A stretch of DNA of 64,000 nucleotides from a virus (taxonomy: Duplodnaviria; Caudoviricetes): IMG/VR virus record IMGVR_UViG_2832410175_000003, positions 32,001 to 96,000 of that record. The stretch is one strand, 5' to 3'. Under the pieces are notes generated by a model. The model had not been told where the DNA came from. It worked only from the letters and a program-made list of their open reading frames with translations, and ran no database searches. A program made the translations under genes and the position numbers. Shown piece by piece: positions 20,349 to 29,602 of this stretch. How positions within the stretch are numbered: position 1 is the stretch's first letter; the number at the start of each line of letters is the position of its first letter.

Positions 20349-20569
20349 TCAGTCACCTCGCCACTGTACTCGGCGCGGAGACGATCACGCATAGACAAGT
20401 GCGCGTCAGGGTCGCCCGCTTGGTAGTAACTCATTTCGAGCCAATATTCACTTGGCTCAAGATCTACCTATACAACTGCGTACCCGCAGACATCATCTGC
20501 TGTCATGTTGCAGGAGTTGTAGCGCGAGCAATACTCGCAGTCATCGTGGATGCAGTGGTTTTTCTTCAT
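20345..20569 (-). CDS. Cys-rich small protein with in-frame TAG at codon 34
   Basis: RBS AAAGGAG; MKKNHCIHDDCEYCSRYNSC...YAVV*VDLEPSEYWLEMSYYQ...GEVTE; final TGA overlaps RNAP ATG (ATGA). Confidence 0.6.
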
Positions 20570-20667
20570 TTGGTTTTCTCCTTTTATTGGTTTTCTGGCG
20601 GCAAAAGCGGCCGCCTCGCTCTCCTTATTTGTGTTTGCGTTCATAATATTTTGCACTTCCTTGAAAA

Positions 20668-21738
20668 TTAGTTTTCTGGTTTCTTGCGTCGTTTTTTATA
20701 TTTGCCACGCTTCCGCACCAGAAACAGAGGTTCAAGCTCGGCGGCTATCGCTTTGTTGCCGGTGTAAAATACGCGGGGGTTTAACATAATGCTTCCGACC
20801 GGCAAACCGTGGAACGGTTCTTTCAGCCGGGTCATAATCGTCTCCGTTCCTTTGCTGGTTCGGATGACTTGGTTGTAATAGAGGCTGGTCAACTCTCCGT
20901 AACCGCTTCGCTCATAGCCGCCAGCGGCACAAAGCCGAGCGGCGGTAAGAGGAGCCACCAGAAACGGATCATCCTGAAAGGGGTTCAGACAAAACACGTT
21001 GAAGTCCTTATGCAGATAAGGAAGCATCGGAAGCAGGTATTTCAGCCCCAGACTCATGGACTCAGTCCTATACATCTGTGCGATAGAGGAGAAATACATC
21101 CTCACATACCTGAAACCGCTTTGCTCCGCTTTCGTAGACTCGCGTCGTGTAATCTCACCCCTGCGAAACAGGTCTTGGTTGAACAACCACTCGCCGCGGT
21201 CATTCTGCCAGATGAAGTCTCTCTCTCGGAACGTCCTCAGCATCCCTTGAACAACTGGCGCGGTCAGTTGGAACACCTTTGACAAATAGTTCACGATGTC
21301 CGGCGGATACACATCAGCCGCAATCATCAGGTGCTTATCCGTAGTAGTCAGGAGCATCATCAGCTTTTGCGCCTCGGTTGGTGTGACGTCATAATAGCTC
21401 CCGCCTTCGAGCGGGACGCGTAGCCAGACGAAAGAGCCATAGGCCGGAGTGGCTGTTGAAACATCTCGCTGATAAGGTTTCGCGACTGGATTGGCTCCGA
21501 TATCTCTAATGCGTGCTTCAAAGAAGTCCGGGTCGAGATAACGGATATCCTTTGGCTCAAGTCTCACCTTGGGGTTGTAGTACCGCAGCACCGAGGTCGG
21601 AATATAAGCCCGCTGTCCATTGCCCTCCAGCGTGAAGGGAACAACGGCGGCGAACTCATGTAAATCAGCCCCGGCGTTGGCTATGTCACGCAGGGTCAGC
21701 TCGGCCAACTGCGTTTTTTCTGGCTGGGATTTACCCAT
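20668..21738 (-). CDS. Hypothetical DNA-binding protein (possibly RepL/wHTH-like)
   Basis: 356 aa; C-terminal MLNPRVFYTG and basic tail; family call weak. Confidence 0.6.
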   Translation of the reverse strand: MGKSQPEKTQLAELTLRDIANAGADLHEFAAVVPFTLEGNGQRAYIPTSVLRYYNPKVRLEPKDIRYLDPDFFEARIRDIGANPVAKPYQRDVSTATPAYGSFVWLRVPLEGGSYYDVTPTEAQKLMMLLTTTDKHLMIAADVYPPDIVNYLSKVFQLTAPVVQGMLRTFRERDFIWQNDRGEWLFNQDLFRRGEITRRESTKAEQSGFRYVRMYFSSIAQMYRTESMSLGLKYLLPMLPYLHKDFNVFCLNPFQDDPFLVAPLTAARLCAAGGYERSGYGELTSLYYNQVIRTSKGTETIMTRLKEPFHGLPVGSIMLNPRVFYTGNKAIAAELEPLFLVRKRGKYKKRRKKPEN

Positions 21739-21747
21739 GTTGCTTCC

Positions 21748-21904
21748 CGTCCTTCCAAATCGAACTCGCGTCCTTCCAAATCAAACTCGTCGTCCTTCCA
21801 AATCAAACTCGTCGTCCTTCCAAATCAAACCCTAATCATAAATACACTAATCATAAATACACTAATCATAAATACATAATCAAAAATACTTAATCATAAA
21901 TACA
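21748..21904. repeat. Iteron-like array: 4x ~22-bp CGTCCTTCCAAATCAAACTCGT then 5x 14-15-bp AT-rich TAATCATAAATACA(C)
   Basis: Direct tandem repeats seen in sequence. Confidence 0.9.
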
Positions 21905-21966
21905 TAGGCTGAGCTGGGCAGATTTTGAAAATGCCAGCCAGAGAAATGGAGAAATGGAATCACGCG

Positions 21967-22014
21967 GAATGAGGCTCACTCAGAATGAGGCTCACTCAGA
22001 ATGAGGCTTACTCA
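21967..22014. repeat. 3x 16-bp GAATGAGGCTCACTCA tandem repeat (internal TGAG-N5-CTCA dyad)
   Basis: Seen directly. Confidence 0.9.
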
Positions 22015-22023
22015 AGAGGAGCG

Positions 22024-22404
22024 TCACGCTTCGTCTGAACGATTGGTCGGTATATAAATGCGCGGGGTAGAGAACTGACATTGGCTGTGTCGGCGAATCA
22101 GATGTGCTTCTTCAAGTTCCTTAAATATCTGCAGCGCTTTCTTCTCTCCACAAGAGATGTCGTTCATAACATCTTTGAGAGAGTAATAGATGAATGGCTC
22201 GCCATCTTCGTCAATCCATTCTGGCCGGCTTTTTGATAGCTGCATTCGATAGAGCATGAGAGAATACAGGATCTTCCCAGCCGGAGAGACAGACTTGAGG
22301 TCAGGAGTTACGGGGATAGGGATGAAATCGAATCCGCTGCGGCCATCGTAACTGCGGAACTTCGGGTTATTCTATGTCGTGTGGATAGCTGGTCGTTTTG
22401 CCAT
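22024..22404 (-). CDS. Stand-alone RepA_N-domain protein with in-frame TAG at codon 11
   Basis: RBS GGAGGAGG, ATG 22404; MAKRPAIHTT*NNPK...FIPIP...KSVSPAGKILYSLMLYRMQLS...WIDEDGEPFIYY aligns with the RepA_N at 40863. Confidence 0.75.
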
Positions 22405-22452
22405 CTGGATACCTCCTCCGCGGGGTAATTGGATTTTTTTGCTTCTATTAAC

Positions 22453-22481
22453 TACTATACAAAAAAGGCGTTTTTGGGACG
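22453..22481 (-). promoter_or_regulatory. Phage promoter motif CGTCC-N16-GTATAGTA (copy 1)
   Basis: Five intergenic copies with identical spacing. Confidence 0.75.
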
Positions 22482-23484
22482 CGGAGTTGAAGAAAAAGAT
22501 GCATAAAGATTGAGAATTCTTTTGTGCATGTTGCTTAATGGAAAAATAGCTAGCTGAAGTAGGTCTTCTGGCTGGCTTAGACCTATGCAGCAATACTGAA
22601 ATAGATAAAGCCGACCATTAGACATTGGCCGGCTGTATTTATGACTGGATACGCCCCTGGGATAGAGTAGGTATGGATAGATGCGCCTGCTGTCGAAGAA
22701 CCATTTTTGTTCTGGCGGCAGAATTGAGCTGTAATCGCTTTTGACATATTGATGGGAAATTATACCACGAGAATACAAAAAGCCAGTACGGAGCATCCTG
22801 AGGCGAATACGGGGCATTGTAGGCAATATGTGGAAATACAGGAGGATAGAAGCAGTGCACAGGCGGCTTATAGAGGGTGTATGCGACGGGTCGCTCGGGG
22901 CAATTATTTAGTAGACTGTAAGCTATGGGAATACAAGCGAGTGTGGTGCTGTGTAGGACTACGGTAATAGTATTTCCTTCTGGCGGGAGATAAGGAAGCA
23001 ATGGGTTAGCTACAGGTTTGTTTAGCAGCTGTATGACAGGAGCTGTGGTAGAGCTTGCGTAGAGCTTCTGCAGAGCTCCAGTAGAGCTTCCTGGCTGGCT
23101 ATACTCGAGCTGACGGTTACAGCAGATTATAGGAATGCACCTTTTTCGAGTGTTCGGGAAAAGAGAGATGGCGAAAACTCGGGAACAGCGCACGAAATTG
23201 AGGAAACGGGGTTTGAAGAAGGGAAAAGGGAGGGGAAGGAGAGCGAAAGTTCGGGGAAAGAGGGGGAAAATATGGGGTAGAGTGAGATGAGGCAACTACC
23301 CTTCCTGAAACTGGTAAAATATCTGGAAAAGTGTAAAATATGCCCCCTATGATAAAAAAGAAGCATTTACACTGCTGAAAAGTACCGGAACGCTGTTTTA
23401 TAGTATACTCGAAAAGTCGATTTTCGGATCAGGCCCGTTCTGTGTATTTTTGTGCATTCTGTGCTTTTCTGTGCTTTTTCGCCC

Positions 23485-23525
23485 TGTGGGAAACCCTGTG
23501 CATAACTGCTTTTCCTTGTGGATAA
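23485..23525 (-). promoter_or_regulatory. DnaA-box cluster
   Basis: TTATCCACA (23517-25), TTATGCACA (23497-505), degenerate TTTCCCACA (23485-93), same orientation. Confidence 0.65.
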
Positions 23526-23795
23526 CTCCATACAATATAGTTTTCAATACTACGTCGCTTGGTGTACTCTGTCCGCATATGCAGGGCGTGACAGAGGGCG
23601 AAAATTTCAAAAAATCGGCGCGCAGCACGACAGAAAAAATCTTTTTTGCGCGCTTTTTCTGATTTTTTCAAAAAACTTTTCCGCGCTCAAAACCCCTGTT
23701 TTCGCCTGTTTTCGCTTGTTTTGCGAACCCCTACGCGCGCGTGCGTTTTCATTATCTTTGAAAAAATTGCCCCAAAAATTTTTTGAAAAAAAGGG

Positions 23796-23824
23796 TTGAC
23801 AAGGGGGTACACCCGCGCTATAAT
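23796..23824 (+). promoter_or_regulatory. Consensus sigmaA promoter with operator-like GGGGGTACACCC in spacer
   Basis: TTGACA-17 nt-TATAAT; A/T tracts upstream. Confidence 0.9.
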
Positions 23825-23829
23825 GGAGA

Positions 23830-24760
23830 CACTCCAAAAGGGGGGTACACCCCAAAGACACCCGCTGTGCGGTGTACGGTATCCGGTTCGAGAAGTCGAA
23901 CGTTTAACTGTGCTACGCCGTTCACGGTGAAAAGGGCGGTTAAACTCCGTTAGGTGTCCACCTTGTGAGAAGTCATAGCCCCCGCGGACAGCATTCCGCG
24001 GACAGGCGTCGGGTATAGCACCCCGAACGTGCACGCCGAAAGTCGGCGCGGTATCGGAACGCGTATAGCGTGCATTATGACGAGCGCGGACACGGTGTAA
24101 ACCGTGTAGCGCGGACAGTGCGAAAGACCTGTGAACCACAGCGTACACAGTACGGGCACACAGTGCCAAGCGGAACGCAGTTCGGAAACACCGCCCAAAG
24201 CACCTTGAAAACTTAACAGGCGTGAAAGCTACTTTTCAAGCGCGGAATGCACCGCGCGGATAAAGTAGCAATGCGAAAACCTTAACCCTCTTTTTATATG
24301 AAAAGTCGCGCGGGGACATTCCACCGTTGCAATGCTCATTTGCAAACCACGGCGGAAAACCCCTGTAAAGTGAATGTGCGGTGTAGCTATCATCTGGTAA
24401 AGCCGTAAAGAAAACCTGTCAAGCGCGGAAAAGCGGAAAAAATGGTTAAGTAGTAGCGTGGAAAAAGTAGCGTCTCTGGTAGTCCGTGCTATACCGGAAG
24501 TACGACAGGAAAGACTTAACGCCTGCCCCTGTTCCGCTCTGTGAAAACAGCTAAGTCCGGTTTGAAAAACACGCTTTTCCCGTGTATGGATGAAAGCCTA
24601 TGCACGAACCGCGTCCAAAGTGGCACTTGGGGCGGGGGCACTACGAAAGCGGGGTGTAAACCCCTTTAGGAATCGGCGGACGCAAAAACCTAAAAGCGCA
24701 ACAGTACGATATTTTTGTATCTTTTACAAGCGCACAAGCTACGACTTGTGCGCTTTCTAA
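23830..24760 (+). ncRNA. Candidate large structured RNA / giant leader
   Basis: No credible ORF; many hairpins; boxA-like GCACCTTGAAAACT at 24200; perfect 11-bp hairpin plus T run at 24728-24756. Confidence 0.5.
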
Positions 24761-24815
24761 AGGACACAAGTCCCGACACAGAAAACCATATACACAACAG
24801 AAAGAGGTATTTATT

Positions 24816-25838
24816 ATGACTAAGAACAACACTACTGCAAAGGCAACCTTTAGCGCAAAGACCCTAAAAGCTATGTCCCTGTCCACCCTCGAAACCCTGT
24901 ATAACAGCGCAGACACCAAGCCCGCGCAGAAAGAGAAGGTAAAGGCTGTCTACACTGATAAGGTAAAGGAAGCAAACACCAAGACCCGCGCCGACTTTAT
25001 CGCTGAGTCTGCAAAGGGCACGGCTGAGGAATTCCTGCGCAAGCAGTTTATCACGGCACAGCGCGTAAAGGACGACGATAACGGCCTGCGCACCGTAGAA
25101 GTAAACGTTCGTATTCCGTTCACCGCTATTGACGCCTTTATGAAGAAGGAAAAAATGCCGGAAAAGACCCTCGCACATGACGCGGAATACTTCGAGTATA
25201 TTCAACGGTTCGCTGACAATATCGCCCTGTATCACGGCGATATGCTGTCCGATGAAAACCGCCCTGCAAAGGTGTCGCACCTGCGTTACGGCGTGAATAA
25301 GAAGGGCGAAGCGCGTATCATCGACTTCACCGCGCATGATGACAAGGCATTGTATTCTCAGCTTGACACAATCTTCATGATGATTCTTGGCAAGGATACC
25401 AAGATTCACCCGACGAACGCAAGCCTTCACTTCATCAAGACCTCTGCGGGCAATGCCAAGCGCAATGTGAACGGCGTCATGAAGATTGATCGAGATAAGT
25501 CTATCCTTGGCCTGATCCAGAACGTTATCGCAATGCGCATTGAAGAAAAGTCCTTTGCAGTAGACACCGGCGTAAAGGAAAAGAAGGTATCCGCGCCCAA
25601 GCAGACCAAGGCCGAGAAGAAAGCTGAGGACGCAATCGCCAAGAAGGAAACCGGCACGCCTAACGCGCTTTCTGGCAAGGTTGAAGAAGGCAAGAAGGAA
25701 TCCGTAGCAACCGAGAAGTCCGTGGCCTGCGCACGCAAGAATTCCGTTATCACTGCCAAGCCGGACGCCAAGACCGCACGCAAGAACCGTGCAATCGTAG
25801 AAAAGGCACGCAAGACCACCGCCAAGACCGCCAAGTAA
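24816..25838 (+). CDS. Lys/Ala-rich early protein of unknown function
   Basis: RBS AGAGG; strong codon bias; histone-H1-like C-tail. Confidence 0.85.
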   Translation: MTKNNTTAKATFSAKTLKAMSLSTLETLYNSADTKPAQKEKVKAVYTDKVKEANTKTRADFIAESAKGTAEEFLRKQFITAQRVKDDDNGLRTVEVNVRIPFTAIDAFMKKEKMPEKTLAHDAEYFEYIQRFADNIALYHGDMLSDENRPAKVSHLRYGVNKKGEARIIDFTAHDDKALYSQLDTIFMMILGKDTKIHPTNASLHFIKTSAGNAKRNVNGVMKIDRDKSILGLIQNVIAMRIEEKSFAVDTGVKEKKVSAPKQTKAEKKAEDAIAKKETGTPNALSGKVEEGKKESVATEKSVACARKNSVITAKPDAKTARKNRAIVEKARKTTAKTAK

Positions 25839-26057
25839 ACGCAACCGCTTTTTCATAATCTGAAAGTATACGAAAACAGTATGCAATACATAGCAAAAAC
25901 AGGCGTGTCGCAATAAACCGGCACGCCTGAAAACACAAGCAAAAAGACCGCAGGGAAAGTGCACCCTTTTTTAGAATAAATCACCGTCTGCACAATTTGA
26001 AAAATCCGCGCAAGCGTGATATAATACGCCTATACCATAATTTTAGGCGGTGATACT

Positions 26058-26234
26058 GTGAGTAGTGAAGCATACAAGAAAGCAAACTATGAACGTGTAG
26101 TTTATCAAGTTCCAAAAGGAAACCGTGAGGTTTTGCAAAGAGAAGCAAACCTTCGCGGAAAATCCGTAAACGCGCTCATAACCGAAGCGTTAGAGGCTCA
26201 ATACGGTCTCGATCTCAGCAAGAAAACAAAATAA
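26058..26234 (+). CDS. Arc/ribbon-helix-helix DNA-binding protein (below ORF-track cutoff)
   Basis: MSSEAYKKANYERVVYQVPKGNREVLQREANLRGKSVNALITEAL; own promoter TTGAAA-17-TATAAT (25997-26025). Confidence 0.75.
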   Translation: MSSEAYKKANYERVVYQVPKGNREVLQREANLRGKSVNALITEALEAQYGLDLSKKTK

Positions 26235-26309
26235 ATCCATTCACACAAGCACCCAATCCGGGTGCTTTTCTTTTACCCAAAACCGACACATAGAAAGGAA
26301 GTTTCACCT

Positions 26310-26654
26310 ATGAAAACCGCATTATCTCTTATTCTCGCAGCACTCACCACGACCGCAACCGCAACTGCAACCGTTCCGGCAGCAAATCCGATTGAAAATA
26401 AACCGGAAACGCGCACAATCGCTGGCGAAATCTATTCGGTTTCGTATCCAACCGATGACCGCGACTACTGTGTAACAACCATCGAGACGGAAGACGGCAA
26501 CTTCTGGAACATCGAGGACTACGTTGCACCGCGCAGGCATGCCGTGACCGTTCCGACGTATTTATCACGGACGATGCTGTCCGTGACGAAAACGGCCGTA
26601 TCATCGGCTGTAAGGCAATCGCCCGCATCTGATGATCTGCAACAAATGAAATGA
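26310..26654 (+). CDS. Putative secreted protein
   Basis: RBS AAAGGA; signal-peptide-like MKTALSLILAAL. Confidence 0.6.
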   Translation: MKTALSLILAALTTTATATATVPAANPIENKPETRTIAGEIYSVSYPTDDRDYCVTTIETEDGNFWNIEDYVAPRRHAVTVPTYLSRTMLSVTKTAVSSAVRQSPASDDLQQMK

Positions 26655-26911
26655 AAGGAGTGTTGCCTATGATTGCCGAGCATGGGAAAAAGCCTGTGCC
26701 CAACAATAGAAAAGGCCGAGCCTTTCAGGTCTTGCAATCTGCACCGCAGGGCGGAGAACAAGAAACCGAAAGGTAAGTAATTTGAAAATGATTCCTGCCG
26801 GAAGGTTCTCGAGGGTTCATCCTTAAAGCCCTCATCCGCGCCGAAAGGCGGTGATAATCTGGTTGTCACAAAATAAAAACACCGACAAGCGCAAGCCTGC
26901 CGGTGTTGTCA

Positions 26912-26974
26912 TCAACCGCACTTGATTGCCAGTACGATCAGTGCAAAGCAAAGCACGAAGACGTTCTGCTCCAC
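26912..26974 (-). CDS. Candidate type I toxin peptide MEQNVFVLCFALIVLAIKCG
   Basis: RBS GGAGGGG and GTG start; promoter TTGATT-17-TATAAT (~27124-27096); terminator hairpin ~26876-26907. Confidence 0.6.
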   Translation of the reverse strand: MEQNVFVLCFALIVLAIKCG

Positions 26975-27192
26975 AGTGACCCCTCCATTTCATTATAAAA
27001 ATCTGCGGCTATGTATCGTAATGCCGCACACATACTTTCAGTATGTAAAGATTTATATCACTGGCCGGAGCGGATCAAAAGTTGGTGACAACCAGATTAT
27101 ATCACAACAAACGGAATAAATCAAATGCCCGCAGCACCCGAAAAGGGTGCATTTTTTATACCCAAAATCGAAAATAAAGGAGTCTGAACCTC

Positions 27193-27402
27193 ATGAAACA
27201 CTACTTTTCTACCGCAATGTTCGCAGGTCTCGCTATCATGGCAACCGTAGCAACGGTTGCAACCGGCGAGGATAACTTCCTCGGAACGGTTGTATTCGGA
27301 ACGTTTGCCGTGGGCAATTTCTGGAACACCACAAATGTACTCTGGAAGCGTTATCAAGCGGAGATAAATTACCGCGGCAAACACAGCCGCCGCGCAGCCT
27401 GA
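27193..27402 (+). CDS. Small membrane protein
   Basis: RBS AAGGAG; two hydrophobic segments. Confidence 0.65.
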   Translation: MKHYFSTAMFAGLAIMATVATVATGEDNFLGTVVFGTFAVGNFWNTTNVLWKRYQAEINYRGKHSRRAA

Positions 27403-27415
27403 AAGGAGAATACAT

Positions 27416-28243
27416 ATGGCAGATGTTAACACGAAACGAATCCTCGACGTTCTCGGGCACGCAATCGAGCTTGCCCAAAACGAACTTGAGAGCAACCCGC
27501 CGGAACTTATTCCGGAGCCGGTCTTAAAGCCGGTGCCGAAACGAACGGGAACGAAACTGAAACCGATTCTGCCAGAAAACAAAATCGAAAAGTTTTTCCA
27601 CCCGGAATTTGGCACGGTCGAAGCAACCAGAATTGGAAATATTCCGTACTTCAAGGCGCTCCCCGTCTTGAAAGCATTGGGATACAAGAACCCCGCAAGC
27701 ATTGCAGAACTTTTCGAGGATAAACGAGTTATCCTCGCACCAAAAACAAACGGAAGTGTTGATTCCGTAACTTATCTATCGGTCTACGATGTTCATAATC
27801 TCATAAACCGGCGAAAGGTTGATCTGGTTTTTGAATTTGAAAAGTGGGTCGATGACGAAATAGTTCCGACACTTTGCGGCAAGAGTCCGGCAAAAAAGAA
27901 AAAGTATCCGCCACTGAAAGAATTCACGCACAGTGAATACGGAAAGGTTCTCGTCGCTTTCTCTGATGGCGAGACATACTATCGTGCAATCGATGTTTGT
28001 AAGATGTGCGGTTATAACCGCAGCGTAACCGCAACCATCGAGAACAAATATAGTTTTGCAACCAACGGCACTTCCTGCGCGACGAATTCAAGTTTCATCA
28101 AAGCAGATGAAGTCCGTAAGATATTTAGCCGCAAAAATCTGGACAAAATTCCAGTCACTCGCAAGATGATGGAGTGGCTCATTTACGATATTTCGGAACA
28201 AATGCGTTCCGAATTCACCGACAGCGATTCCACAATCGCCTAA
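27416..28243 (+). CDS. Tandem BRO-N domain protein (antirepressor-like)
   Basis: FFHPEFGTVE...PYFKALPVLKALGYKN and FTHSEYGKV...YYRAIDVCKMCGY. Confidence 0.8.
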   Translation: MADVNTKRILDVLGHAIELAQNELESNPPELIPEPVLKPVPKRTGTKLKPILPENKIEKFFHPEFGTVEATRIGNIPYFKALPVLKALGYKNPASIAELFEDKRVILAPKTNGSVDSVTYLSVYDVHNLINRRKVDLVFEFEKWVDDEIVPTLCGKSPAKKKKYPPLKEFTHSEYGKVLVAFSDGETYYRAIDVCKMCGYNRSVTATIENKYSFATNGTSCATNSSFIKADEVRKIFSRKNLDKIPVTRKMMEWLIYDISEQMRSEFTDSDSTIA

Positions 28244-28259
28244 TTACCATAAATTACAA

Positions 28260-28288
28260 CGTCCCAAATCAGGGCGATTTGTATAGTA
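28260..28288 (+). promoter_or_regulatory. Phage promoter motif CGTCC-N16-GTATAGTA (copy 2)
   Basis: Repeated motif at head of gene run. Confidence 0.7.
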
Positions 28289-28684
28289 AATAATGTAGAG
28301 GTTCTCGCGGGTTCATCCATAAAGCCCGCAGCCAACATAATTTAAGAAAGGAAGTAATCAAATGACGAAGAAGGAAATCAAAGAACAGTTGTCCCGTATC
28401 GAGCCGGACAAAATCGTTGACATTCATCAAGTATCAGGGGTAGTTGAGGTAATTACTATCCGCAATCACACAGTTCGCCGTAAGCGGTATGTTGTAACCC
28501 ATGAAGGTAAATTGCATTTTTACGAAAGTTATTTGCTGGATTTCTTTGGTGGAAAGGAAGTCTAAAAATGGTACACGAAGTAGTAACCTTCCGTAACGGT
28601 AAGTGCGTATACGTTTGAGGACACCGGACGGTTCATTTTCGAACCGCAAGAAGGATTCATCATTGAAAAGGAGGAATCAGCAGT

Positions 28685-29518
28685 ATGAAAACATTAGTAT
28701 TCGAGGGTGCCGGCTGGTCTGGTGCCGAGCGCAGCAAAGAAACAATCGGCAACTGCCGCATTCGCACCGCATTCCATCTGGTAGATGGCCGTGCAGTGTA
28801 CCTTGAAATCACCTGTTGTAACACCAAAACAAACGGTGTCTATGACGGATTCATTAGCTATTGCTTTTATATTACCAGCGATCCGGATGATTGCAACAAG
28901 AATCGCGTTAAGTACCTCGGTAATCGGATTATTCCTTACACCCAAGAAAGCATACTGGCGTTTGCAAACGGTCTTAACGGTGACTTTGATGCAATCGTTG
29001 TTGCTCCCGATCTGGGCGGCTATCGCGTTTTCTCTGAACTCGGATATTTCAATTACGGCGATGAGTTCGAGTATGACGAGGAGCTGATTACGAAGCGTGA
29101 TGTAATCCACGATACGCTGCACACGGAAGAAAAGAAGTGGGATGAATTCCCGCTCTGTATCCTCTATGTAGATGAGGCAGACAAAAACGTCCTGCATTAC
29201 ACCCGCCAGCGCGGAGAAAATCGCGGCAAATTCCTCATCAACGTGAACGATGAGAACTGGCGCGATAATATGCAAATCGTTCCTAAGCCAGACAACATCA
29301 CGTTGGCCGACGTAATTCGCTGGGCAGCTCGTAACGATCCTAATGGTGAGTGGGACGAAGCACTCGCCATTGCAGATGGTGGTCACACCCGAGAGAGAGC
29401 ACATCTTGCACAGGATATGTGCAACACGCTCCGCCAGTGGAAAATAGACAGCGAAAGCACAACCGTACTTATGGAGCAAATGATTCAGCGCTGCACCGAA
29501 GATTCCCGACGTTGGTAA
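28685..29518 (+). CDS. Hypothetical protein
   Basis: RBS AGGAGG; 277 aa. Confidence 0.75.
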   Translation: MKTLVFEGAGWSGAERSKETIGNCRIRTAFHLVDGRAVYLEITCCNTKTNGVYDGFISYCFYITSDPDDCNKNRVKYLGNRIIPYTQESILAFANGLNGDFDAIVVAPDLGGYRVFSELGYFNYGDEFEYDEELITKRDVIHDTLHTEEKKWDEFPLCILYVDEADKNVLHYTRQRGENRGKFLINVNDENWRDNMQIVPKPDNITLADVIRWAARNDPNGEWDEALAIADGGHTRERAHLAQDMCNTLRQWKIDSESTTVLMEQMIQRCTEDSRRW

Positions 29519-29602
29519 CCACAAAACCGTCATTTGCAAGGGCGAAAGTCCTTGTTATTGTACCTTGACAATGTTATAATGGCAAGCAAAAGGAGGCAAA
29601 AC

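Noticed and set aside
21748-22014. Possible CRISPR mini-array
   Set aside because: Repeats are directly tandem with no unique spacers; no cas genes
22455-24198. Short ORFs listed in the divergence region
   Set aside because: No RBS, low-complexity composition, overlap regulatory elements
23830-24760. Group I/II intron, rRNA or tmRNA identity for the long leader
   Set aside because: Could not find diagnostic motifs (domain V, P7 core, tRNA-like ends) by eye
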